DNA from: Squalus acanthias
Lineage: Eukaryota
Direction of reading: 5' to 3'
DNA length: 64,000 bases
Assembly (NCBI GenBank): GCA_030390025.1
Contig: JASTWF010000331.1
Span: forward strand, 62,001-126,000
Both the position numbers and the translations under genes were made by a program. The notes below the pieces were generated by a model, which made no database searches, was not told where the DNA came from, and saw nothing but the letters and a program-made list of their open reading frames with translations. Positions within the stretch are counted from its first letter, which is position 1. Each line of letters opens with the position of its first letter. Shown here piece by piece: positions 25,587 to 37,100 of this stretch.

Positions 25587-27920
25587 CCAGCCTGCAAAAT
25601 TGCCACAAATCACTGTCAGCAATGAAAGAAAGTTGATTTCTATCATTACTCTGCTCTGTTTGGCATTTTAAAAGCAAACAGACAGTTTTCAGTCTTTTAT
25701 CTTTTCAGTTTGCGGCCTACCGAAACAGGCTTTCTATTCTGCATCAAATGCAAATCCTGCGGATGTGGGAAATCTGAAATAAAATCAGAAAGTTTTGGAA
25801 ATACTCAGCAGGTAAGCCAGCATCTGTGGAGAGAGAGAGAAACAGAGTTAATGTTTCAGCTCGATTACCTTTTGTCAGATTCTGGAAAGGTTCTGACGAA
25901 AGGTCATCGAGCTGAAACATTTACTCTGTTTCTCCACTGATGCTGCCTAACATACTGAGTATTTCCAGCATTTTCTGTTTTTATTTCTATTCTGCATGTT
26001 GTCTTGATTTCATGTGTCTCTCTCACTGTCTGTCTGCCTTGTGTTGATTTGAGTAGAGTGGAATAAAAAGAATGCAAAGATCCCAGGCAGCTTTTATTGT
26101 CAGACAGTCCAAAAAGACATTTTTCAGTATCTCACTGACTGACTGTCTGTCTTGAAGTGAAGTGAAATGAAATAAAGTGCAATGAAGTGATACACAACAG
26201 CATTACATGTGGACCAGGCCAGAATGAAATCAATAGGGTTTAATACAACAACAGCAGGTAATGAGACAGCAGACCACATCTCACACAAACACCAGCTTTT
26301 GCCCTCTCTCTCTCTCTCACACACACACTCACAGCCTGGCCAGCCTGCAGAGGGATGACTGCCGTGTTGGAAGATTAAAACCAAAAAGACACTTTTCAGT
26401 ATCTTATCTTTTCACTTTGTGGCCTACAGAAACAGGCTTTCTATTCTGCTACTTGCCTTTTGCTTTCATGTATCTCTCCCTCTCACTGACTCTCTGTCTG
26501 TCTCTCACTCACACATACACCCTCTCACCCACATTGAACTAAAATTTACAGCAACATGACACACACACTCACACAGACTCTGCAATTTGCAGACACACAG
26601 ACACCCACTCACACAGACACACTCACACACTCTACAAATTGCAGACATACAGACACACTCACACAGACTCTGCAATTTGCAGACACCCATTCACCTACAG
26701 ACACACTCACACACTCTGCAATTTACAGAAACACAGACACCCACTCACTTACAGACACAATTACACAGTCTCTGCAATTTGCAGAATCTCACACACACAC
26801 ATCCATTTTTAAAGATGTGGAGCCTGGGAGTGACAATTTTTGATGATGTTCCTTCCTGGCTGTGCGGCCATGTTTGACGAGGACCATCAAACAGGACGAT
26901 GTGAAGCCGAGGCCCAAGAAATCCAGGTCCCCGAGTGGAAATGAAACCCCGGGAGGGTGAAAAGAAGTAAATACAATCAGGAATAAATAATAATATATAT
27001 ACTTTACTTCTGTTAATTAAATGTCTGCCTGTCTGTGGTTTGCCTGGAGTTTAATAAAATGAATGGAAAGATCGCACTGCAGCTTTTGCTCTGAAAACAT
27101 CCCAGGCACATTCCCTAATAAAGCCCAGTCCAGAAAAAAATCAAATGGATTATTCTGAAAATATTTAAAAAAATAACATATATCAGTACTTATTTTTAAC
27201 AAATTTCTTGTCTTGTTTGAGTTAGGCTGAAGGGGAGAGTAAGATCCCACAGCAGGATGTGCCATGAAACACTTCACAAACATTCCCCAATAAAGTCCAG
27301 TACAGAAAAATATTAAATGGCTTGATGTATATATGTAGATTTGCTTTTTACAAAATTCTTGAATGAAAGGCAAAGTAAGATCCCACCACAGTGCAGTCTG
27401 GAATTAAATCAGTATGATCTAATGGTGTATACTTTCTGTTTTTTTCAGACTTGAGATGCAGTACCAATGCACACGGCAGATAACTTGAACACAGACAAGC
27501 CCTGCATACAGACCAGCTTTTGCTGTCTGTCTCTCTCTCTGTCACACACTCACACACACATACACACACACACACAGAGCCAGCCTGCAAAATCGCCACA
27601 AATCACTGTCAGCAATGAAAGAAAGTTGATTTCTTTCATAGCTCTGCTCTGTTTGGGAGTTTAAAAGCAAACAGACAGTTTTCAGTGTTTTATTCTGCAG
27701 GTTGTCTTGATTTCTCTCACTGCCTGCCAGCCTGCCTTGTCACACACAAACTCACAGCCTGGCCAGCCTGCAGAGGGACGTCTGCCGAGTTGGAAGATTA
27801 AAACCAAAATGACATACAGACAGATTCTGCAATTTGCAGAAACTCACATTCAGCCAGACTCTGCAATTTGCAGAAACTCACACTCAGTCTCACATCCATT
27901 TTGAAAGGGCTGCAGCCTGG
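17590..27920. repeat. Tandem array of ~1.84-kb units (~5.5 copies)
   Basis: Marker AAATGTCTGC recurs at ~17719, 19561, 21401, 23243, 25030 and 27019. Units contain (CT)n(CA)n tracts and a fold-back Penelope terminal repeat. Confidence 0.95.
27689..27694 (-). terminator. Candidate NLR polyadenylation signal AATAAA
   Basis: Minus-strand AATAAA about 320 nt after the stop codon. Confidence 0.4.
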
Positions 27921-28012
27921 CAGCGGCTGAGTCACGTGACCCTGTGGCTGGGCCTCTGACATCACAATGGGTGATGACGCGATCAGCTCGAGCAGGAAAC
28001 CGTTAAATTCAA

Positions 28013-28100
28013 TTAAACAATCACTGTCAATCCGGGTCTTGTTTCCTGCAGTAACTCCAGCTGTTTGTTTCCGGATGAACTGAACTCATTGTCCCCCAGC
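28013..28100 (-). CDS. NLR terminal exon 10 ([28 protein letters not shown])
   Basis: Acceptor tctgtttcag, in-frame TAA at 28015-28013. Confidence 0.88.
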
Positions 28101-31100
28101 CTGAAACAGATTAAAGATTAAACAGGAAATAAACAGATTGAACAACAGTGTAAATAACCGCGAGACTGGGGTTAATATTTCAATAATAATTACAGACAAA
28201 TATTACCCACAGTGACTGAATCCCATTGATATTTTATTTATTACATTAAACATTAACACAAACACTCACTCGATCCGCTCCAGACTCCGGCAGGTCAGTA
28301 TGAGGCGGCGGAGAGCGGGGACAGATCGGTCTGTGAAGGAGTTAAATCTCAGGTTCAGATCCGTCAGTGAGCGGATTGTACTGAGAGCGGAGGCGAGATC
28401 CCCGGCACAAGAATCTGTGAGACCGACAGCCCGTAGACTGGGGATCAGAGAGAGAAATAACAGGAATCAGTGTCAATCCCCAGAGTGTATTAATAACACT
28501 ATTACTGATACTAATAATAATGTTCAGTGTCAGACATCCAGTTATTATAAACACAATCTCACAGAGTCTGGTACTTACCGCAGTTTCTGTATTTTACAGT
28601 CTGGGTTCCTCAGAGCCGCAGACACCAGTTTCACTCCTGAATCTCCCAGTTTATTATAACCCAGGTCCAGATCTGTCAGTGAGCGGATTGTACTGAGAGC
28701 GGAGGCGAGATCCTCGGCACAAGAATCTGTGAGACCGACAGACTGTAGACTGGGGATCAGAGAGAGAAACAACAGGAATCAGTGTCAATCCCCAGAGTTT
28801 ATTAATAACACTATTACTGATACTAATAATAATGTTCAGTGTCAGACATCCAGTTATTATAAACACAATCTCACACAGTCTGGTACTTACCCCAGTTTCT
28901 GTATTTTACAGTCCGGGTTCCTCAGAGCCGCAGACACTAGTTTCACTCCTGAATCGCCCAGTTTATTGCCGCCCAGGTCCAGATCCGTCAGTGAGCGGTT
29001 TGTACTGAGAGCGGAGGCGAGATCCTCGGCACAAGAATCTGTGAGACCGACTTTATACAGACTGGGGATCAGAGAGAGAAATAACAGGAATCAGAGTCAA
29101 TCCCCAGAGTTTATTAATAACACTATTACTGATACTAATAATAATGTTCAGTGTCAGACATCCAGTTATTATAAACACAATCTCACACAGTCTGGTACTT
29201 ACTCCAGTTTCTGTATTTTACAGTCCGGGTTCCTCAGAGCCGCAGACACTAGTTTCACTCCTGAATCTCCCAGTTTATTGCCGCTCAGTCTAAACACAAA
29301 CAGAGAGAAACAAACTGAATCAAAGCTCGGATCTGACATATTTCTCTCTCTCGGATATTACAGCAATCACTGAAAGTATTTCTGGACATTAATAAACCGG
29401 TTTCCCCCCGCGATTTCCCCCATGGGCGGGTCGGGGTCGGTGGCGGGTCGGTGGCGGGTCGGTGGGGCCGGGTCGTGCCGGGGTCGGTTGCGGGCCGGTG
29501 ACACTCAGTCCGGTCTCATTCCCTGATGATCAGAATTACCCTCCTGGAGCTCAGTGACCGGCCTCGTGTTTGGAGAAACTTGTCTAATTTCTGCTGCCCC
29601 TTAAATCCCGGATTTTACGGGAATGTATTGATTTTCCCAGAATTAAATGATAAAGCGGTGATTCCCTGTACTTTATACTCTGTGCATTATATTAATCTGT
29701 ATAATATCTCGGGGTGAGTTATATTGTGAAACGCTAACTGCTGCTGTAAAATCAGTCCCCCAGGATTTTATAAAACACGGAGAATTTATGCTGAAATAAA
29801 AACAGGAAATGCTGGAAATACCCAGCAGGTCAGGCAGCATCTGTGGAGAGTGAAACACAGTTTATTGTTTCAGGTCGAGGACCCTTCGTCAGAACTGGAA
29901 AAAGTTACAGATGTAACAGGTTTTTAAGCAAGTGTCGGGGCCGGGAAAGGTCGGGGGAGGGGAGGAAAGAACAAAAGGGAAGGTCTATGAGAGGGTGGAA
30001 GACAGGAGAGATTAAAAGACAAAAGGGATGATGCTGCAGGCAAAAGGAGCTGGTAATGGGACAAGTTAAAAATCAAAAGATGAATCTAGATGAGGTGTGA
30101 ATGGCAATGGCAGAATCATCAACAGCTGTCATGCGAGAGAAAAAAAAAGGGAAAAGGAAAAATAACGAAAAAAATAAAATAGTGGCCGAGTTTATAGTCT
30201 GAAATTGTTGAACTCGATGTTGAGTCCAGAGGGCTGTAAAGTGCCTAATTGAAAGATGAGGTGCTGTTCCTCGATCTCATGTTGTACTTTGTTGGAAGAG
30301 TGTAAGAGGCCGTGAATGGAGAGAACAGAGTGGGAGTGGAGCAGAGAATTAAAGCGATAGGCGACCAGAAGCTCGGGGTCACACTTACGGACTGAACGGA
30401 GGTGTTCCACAAAGCGGTCATCCAATCTGCGTTTGGTCTCCCCAATGTAGAGGAGACCGCATCGTGAGCAGCGAATACAGTATACTAAATTGCAATAAGT
30501 ACAAGTAAATCGCTGTTTCACCTGGAAGGAGTGTTTCGGGAATGGACAGTGTGAAGGAAAGAGGTAAAAGGGGCAGGTGTAGCATCTCCTGCACTTGCAC
30601 GGGAAGGTGCTGTGGGAAGGGGAAGGGATGTTGAAGGTTATAGAGGAGTGGACTAGGGTGTCGCGGAGGGAGCGGGCCCTTCGGAATGCTGAAAGGGGAT
30701 GTGAGGGGAAGATGTGTTTGGTGGTGGGATCACACTGGAGGTGGCGGAAATGGCGGAGGATGATCCGCTGAATGTGGAGGCTGGTGGGGTGAAAGGTGAG
30801 GACAAGGGGAACTCTATCGTGGTTCCGGTTGGGAGGGGAAGGGGTGAGAGCAGAAGTGCGGGAAATAGAACGGACAAGGTCAAGAGACGTGTCAAACACG
30901 GTCGAGGGGAATCCTCGGTTGAGGAACAAGGAAGACATGTCGGAAGCACTCGTATGGAACTTGGCATTTTCAGAGCAGATGCGGCAGTGACAAAAAAACT
31001 GGGAGAATGGAGCAGCGTCCTTACAGGAAGCGAGGTGGGAGGAAGTGTATTCCAGGTAGCTGTGGGAGTAAGAGGGCTTATAGTGAATGTTTGTCAATAG

Positions 31101-34100
31101 CAGCATTAGAGTTTATTCTTTCCCGTTACAAGTTTTAAATGTCCCTGTGCTCCTAGTTTATAGGGGAGGGGAGTCTCTCACTTTATTCCCCATTAAACTG
31201 GCTCTATATTTATTTCAGGTGTAACTGGCCCGACAGGTTTTGGGGAATTTTCGGAAGTTCCCTCCCCGAGCGGGGCCTCACACACAGGGGGCGGATTATG
31301 GGGAATTCCCGGGTTCACTGCCCCCGGTTTACCCAGGAGCCGCCCGCTGTGTGCGAGGCCCCACCGCTGGCCGGTGTGTGTCTGTACTCCGGTTAGATTG
31401 GAACCTTTTCACCGGCAGGTTTAAGATCCTGAATATCAATCTTTACTCAATGTTCAGGACTGTGAATAATTGTAAACATTTACAGCTGAAAGAATTCCCG
31501 ATTCCCCAATATTCCCAATCCAGGAAACTACACCCTCGACAGGACACACTCTGCACGGTATTGGAGTAAATATCGAACTGATAGTGATTTAAACTCGGGT
31601 TTATCTCCTGTTCCTAGTTGAAATGTTGAATAAGGAAAACATTTTAAATTAATTTTATCTTTACTGCCGGATTATATGTTATGTTTACATTCTGCTGTCC
31701 ACCCTTATTAAAGATGATTTATTGTAATTCAATTATCAGACTCTCAGTGACCTGTATTTGTTGATCCGATAAAGACTGTAAAATCCCTACTTGTTCAAAA
31801 GGACCAGTTTTAGATTCTCCAGTCCTTAGGGAATTACTGACCGAGCCTCTTATTATTGGTCATATTTGTGTTGAATCTGCTTCTCCCTGGTTTAACTGAA
31901 CTGTTTGTTTCCCTACATTACGGAGTAACAAAACAATCCCTGACTGTTCTACAATTCGCCCAACAGTTAGAGACAAATAAACAGTTACCCCAACACCCGG
32001 CATTTGTGCAGTACGGGTCCCAGCCGCTGGAGTCCCTCACACTGAATGTTGCATATTCCTAGATCGAGTTGTTTTATTGTATCACAGAGTCCAATGACAT
32101 GAGACAGGACCGCACAGTCAATCGGGGTCAATGTCAATCCACGAAATGTAAGTGATTCCACTGATCCCACTGTTTTCCGAGACAGACCTTTATTCTGAGA
32201 CTCAAACAGGTAGTGGAATGTGTTCAGGAGGTTCCTTTTCCCAGTTTCACTCCCTGTGTTTCCAATCTGTCCTTCAACCTTCTCCATCACCCAGTCAATC
32301 ACTCGGCAGGTGGTTTGATGAAGAAAAGGACCCAGAAACTCCTCCAGGGGCCGAGCTGCCTGTGGGGAGGAGAGACCAGCAACAAAACGGAGAAATATCT
32401 CAAATCGCCCATCTTCCTTGCTGTGGGATTCTCTGAGGAGTTTCAGGATGTCCCCGGGATCTGGAGTCAGGAATTGTGTGAGTGCGGCTACAAACTCTTG
32501 GATGGTGAGGTGCGGGAATGTGTACACCACGCTCTGGACAGAAGCATCTCTCTCCAAAAGTTCCATCATGAACCCAGACAGGAACTGGGAAGGTTGCAGA
32601 TTGTACTTGATCAAATCTCCATTTCTAAACACAATCTTCTTCTCGGAGACTCCTGTGAAGGCCATCTCACCAAGCTTCAGTAACACATCACGGGGGCTTT
32701 CAATCTCTCGGCCATGGTTTTTCAGAATGTTGTAAATATAGTAGGAATATAGTTGGGTGATGGTCTTGGGAACTCGCTCCTGTTCCCTGTCTCTTTGTGT
32801 AAAGAAGGGGCCCAGTGAGAGGCCGAGGATCAAGCAGTAGGAAGGGTTGTAGCACATTGTGTACAGGATCTCGTTCTCCTCCACGTGTTTGAAAACAGCT
32901 GCTGCCACCGCCTGATCTTTAAAAAACTTGTTGAAATATTCCTTCCGTTCTTCACCAACAAATCCCAGGATTTCAGCCCAGACACTGATCTCAGCCTTTT
33001 CCAATAACTGTAATGCAGTGGGGCGGCTGGTCACTAGCACTGAACATCCTGGGAGCAGCTTGTGCTGTATTAAACTGTACACAATGTCAGACACTTCACA
33101 CCAGTCTTCAGGATCTGTGCACATGTGCTGAGGTTCTGTATTTCTCCGATTGTCAGCAAAATCGATCACGTCCTTGAATTCATCTAGACCATCGAATATA
33201 AACAGCAATCTCTCTGGGTTTTTCCAGAGCTCTCCCAGAATATTCCCAAAGTAAGGATACAGATCCAGTATCAGATTCCTCAGGTTTATTCGAAAGTTAA
33301 TAGCGTTCAAATCACGGAATTTAAAGCTGAAAACAAATTGAAAGTGTGGGTATATTTTCCCAGTGGCCCAGTCATGAACAATCTTTTGTACCATTGTTGT
33401 TTTTCCAATCCCCGGGACTCCGCTCACTGCTGCTGAACTGGCAGATTTAGATCGCCGGAAGATGTGCTTTATTTTCTGGAACAAACCTCCACTCTGGGAA
33501 AAACAGCTGTGGAACAATTGATGAGTTCGGATTTTTTCCAGCCTTCCACGGAGATGTTGCTTTCTCCACTCTTCATGGTCTCGGCCTCTTGCCAGCAGTT
33601 CATGTTCTACAAGTGTCCGATCTCGAACAGTAGAAATGACCGTTAGCTCAGCGTATCGATCAACCAGCTGAAAAATCTTAACCTTCTCCTTTATTAGAAT
33701 AGTGTTCACTCTCAGTGTTTCAGTTTGTTCCCGGAGTGTGTCCTTGTGTTTCTGTTGTACATCTTCAATTAGAATAGTCAGAAAGTGGTTCTCAGTGTTA
33801 TTTGTATTGACATAAATACAACTTCTCAATACCTTTTCACCATTCAGTAAAATATTGCAAGATTTAATTGGCAGTTTCGATAGAGCTGCGTGTAGAAATT
33901 AAAACTCAGTTAGTAGCTGAGAACTGTTTCAAATCCTCACTTGATTCTAATATTTACTGGGAAATAGGGCACAGGATATCAGTGGGATATGGACAGAGAG
34001 CAAATGGTCAACTGCCCCACTTTACTGTGTCAGACCTTGGGCAGGTTATCTGGGGCATTGTGTGAATTGCGAGTGGGACAGTCTGTGAATGGATGGATGT

Positions 34101-37100
34101 TCCACTCAGCGTTCTACTCATTCGTTCGATTATTCTTTGTGCTAATTTCAATAACATTATGAAGATAAACAATAACTTCCTAGTCACCCTGAACATTGTA
34201 CATTTCTCACATTTCTACACGGATTAATGTTCTACTGTGTGAACATAAGTACATTTTCCCAGATCGGAAAAACCTCTTTCCGACATCTTATTTTGTACTG
34301 AGAAGCGATAACATTTTGCTATTACGCATGTCTCCATCTCTTTCCCTACACTTTATGGTGAGACCGAATTCGAGGGGTGAAGAAACCCTGAATATGCAGC
34401 TCAAGGAAATGTAAGATCGCAGAGATTCTGTGTTGCACATGGGGGATGTGTATTAAGATTTGCTGAATATTGGAAGAGTAGCTGAAGTGTATGATGTTTT
34501 AAAGTGTATCCGGATCCTGTCAGGTGTGTATGGGATTTCACAGTGTATCAGGATCCTGCCAGGTGTGTATGGGTTTTCACAGTGTATCAGGATCCTGCCA
34601 GCTATGTATGGGGTTTCACAGTGTATCAGGATCCTGCAAGGTGTGTATGGGTTTTCACAGTGTATCAGGATCCTGCCATGTGTGTATGGGGTTTCACAGT
34701 GTATCAGGATCCTGCCAGGTCTGTATGGGGTTTCAAAGTGTATCAGGATCCTGGCAGGTGTGTATGGGGTGTCACAGTATATCAGGATCCTGCCAGGTGT
34801 GTATGGGGTGTCACAGTTTATCAGGATCCTGCCAGGTGTGCATGGGGTTTCACAGTGTATCAGGATCCTGCCAGGTGTGTGTGGTGTTTCACAGTGTATC
34901 ACGATCCTGCCAGGTGTGTATAGGTTTTCAAAGTGTATCAGGATCCTGCCAGGTGTTTATGGGTTTTCACAGTGTATCAGGATCCTGCCAGGTGTGTATG
35001 GGGTTTCACAATGTATCAGGATCCTGCCAGGTCTGTATGGGGTTTCACAGTGTATCAGGATCCTGCCATGTGTGTATGGGGTTTCACAGTGTATCAGGAT
35101 CCTGCCAGGTCTGTATGGGGTTTCACAGTGTATCAGGATCCTGCCCGGTGTGTATGGGGTTTCGCAGTGTATCAGGATCCTGCCAGGTGTGTATGGGGAT
35201 TCACAGTGTATCAGGATCCTGCCAGGTGTGTATGGGGTTTCACAGTGTATCAGGATCCTGCCAGGAGTGTATGGGGATTCACAGTGTATCAGGATCCTGC
35301 CAGGTGTGTATGGGGTTTCAAAGTGTATCAGGATCCTGCCAGGTGTGTATGGGTTTTCACAGTGTGACAGGATCCTGCCAGGTGTGTATGGGGTTTCACA
35401 ATGTATCAGGATCTAGACAGGTGTGTATGAGGTTTAACAGTGTATCAGGATCCTGACCGGTGTGTATGGGGTTTCACAGTGTATCAGGGTCCTGACCGGT
35501 GTGTATGGGGTTTCACAGCGTATCAGGATCCTGCCAGGTGTGTATTGGTTTTCACAGTGTATCAGGATCCTGCCAGGTGTGTATGGGTTTTCACAGTGTG
35601 ACAGGATCCTGCCAGGTGTGTATGGGGTTTCACAATGTAGCAAGATCTAGACAGGTGTGTATGAGGTTTAGCAGTGTATCAGGATCCTGACCGGTGTGTA
35701 TGGGGTTTCACAGTGTATCAGGATCCTGACCGGTGTGTATGGGGTTTCACAGTGTATCAGGATCCTGCCAGGTGTGTATGGGGTTTTACGGTTTATTAGA
35801 ATCCTGCCAGGTGTGTAAGGGGTTTCACAGTGTATCAGGATCCTGCCAGGTGTGTATCGGGTTTCACAGTGTATCAGGATCCTGTCAGGTCTTTCTGAGG
35901 TTTCACAGTGTATCAGTGTCCTGCCAGGTGTGTGTGGGGTTCACAGTGTATCAGGATCCTGCCAGGTGTGTATAGGGTGCACAGTTTATCAGATCCTGCC
36001 AGGTGATTATGGGGTTCACAGTGTATCAGGATCCTGCCAGGTGTGTATAGGGTGCACAGTTTATCAGATCCTGCATGGTGTGTATGGGGTTTCACAATGT
36101 ATTGGGATCCTGCCAGGTGTGTCTGGGGTTTCACAGTGTATCAGTGTCCTGCCAGGTGTGTGTGGGGTTCACAGTGTATCAGGATCCTGCCAGGTGTGTG
36201 TGGGGTTCACAGTGTATCAGGATCCTGCCAGGTGTGTATCGGGTTTTCACAGTGTATCAGGATCCTGCCAGGTGTGTATGGGGTTTCACAGTGAATCAGG
36301 ATCTAGCCAGTTGTGTATGGGGTTTCACAGTGTATCAGGATCCTGTCAGGTGTGTAAGGGGTTTCACAATGTATCAGGATCTTGCCAAGTGTGTATGGGG
36401 TTTCACAGTGTATCAGGATCCTGCCAGGTGTGTATGGGGTTTCACAGTGTATCAGGATCCTGTCAGGTGTTTCTGAGGTTTCACAGTGTATCAGGATCCT
36501 ACCAAGTCTGTATGGGGTTTTACAGTGTATCAGAATCCTGCCAGGTGTGTATGGGGTTTCACAGTGTATCAGGATCCTGCCAGGTGTGTATGGGGTTTCA
36601 CAGTCTTTCAGGATCCTGCCAGGTGTGTATGTGGTTTCACAGTGTATCAGGATCCTGCCAGGCGTGTATGGAGTTTCACAGTGTATCAGGATCCTCCCAG
36701 TTGTGTATGGGGTTTCACAGTGTATCAGGATCCTTCCAGGTGTGTATGGGGTTTCACAGTGTATCAGGATCCTACCAGGTGTGTATGGGGTTTCACAATG
36801 TATCAGGATCTAGACAGGTGTGTATGAGGTTTCACAGTGTATCAGGATCCTGCCAGGTGTGTATGGGGTTTCAGAGTGTATCAGGATCCTACCAGGTGTG
36901 TATGGGGTTATCGCAGTGTATCAGGATCCTGCCAGGTGTGTATGGGGTTTCACGGTTTATTAGGATCCTGCCAGGTGTGTATGGGGTTTCACAGTGTATC
37001 AGGATCCTGCCAGGTGTGTATGGGGTTTTACAGTGTGTCAGGATCCTGCCAGGTGTGTATGGGGTTTCACAGTGTATCAGGATCCTGTCTGGTGTTTCTG

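Larger units (their letters stand above)
28270..29289. repeat. 312-bp tandem exon+intron duplication of the LRR module (~3 units)
   Basis: Exon starts at 29061, 28749 and 28437, separated by 141-bp introns that are nearly identical. Confidence 0.95.

Noticed and set aside
18395..27904. Recurrent short ORFs in the 1.84-kb units as a gene family
   Set aside because: Frames and stops are not conserved between units and they run through microsatellites.
28300..29373. Plus-strand ORFs of 119 and 214 aa
   Set aside because: Antisense shadows of the LRR exon/intron repeats.
31985..33829. 614-aa ORF as a standalone single-exon gene
   Set aside because: Its first ~22 codons and its stop are intronic. 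Splice sites at 33762 and 31989 link it to the flanking exons.
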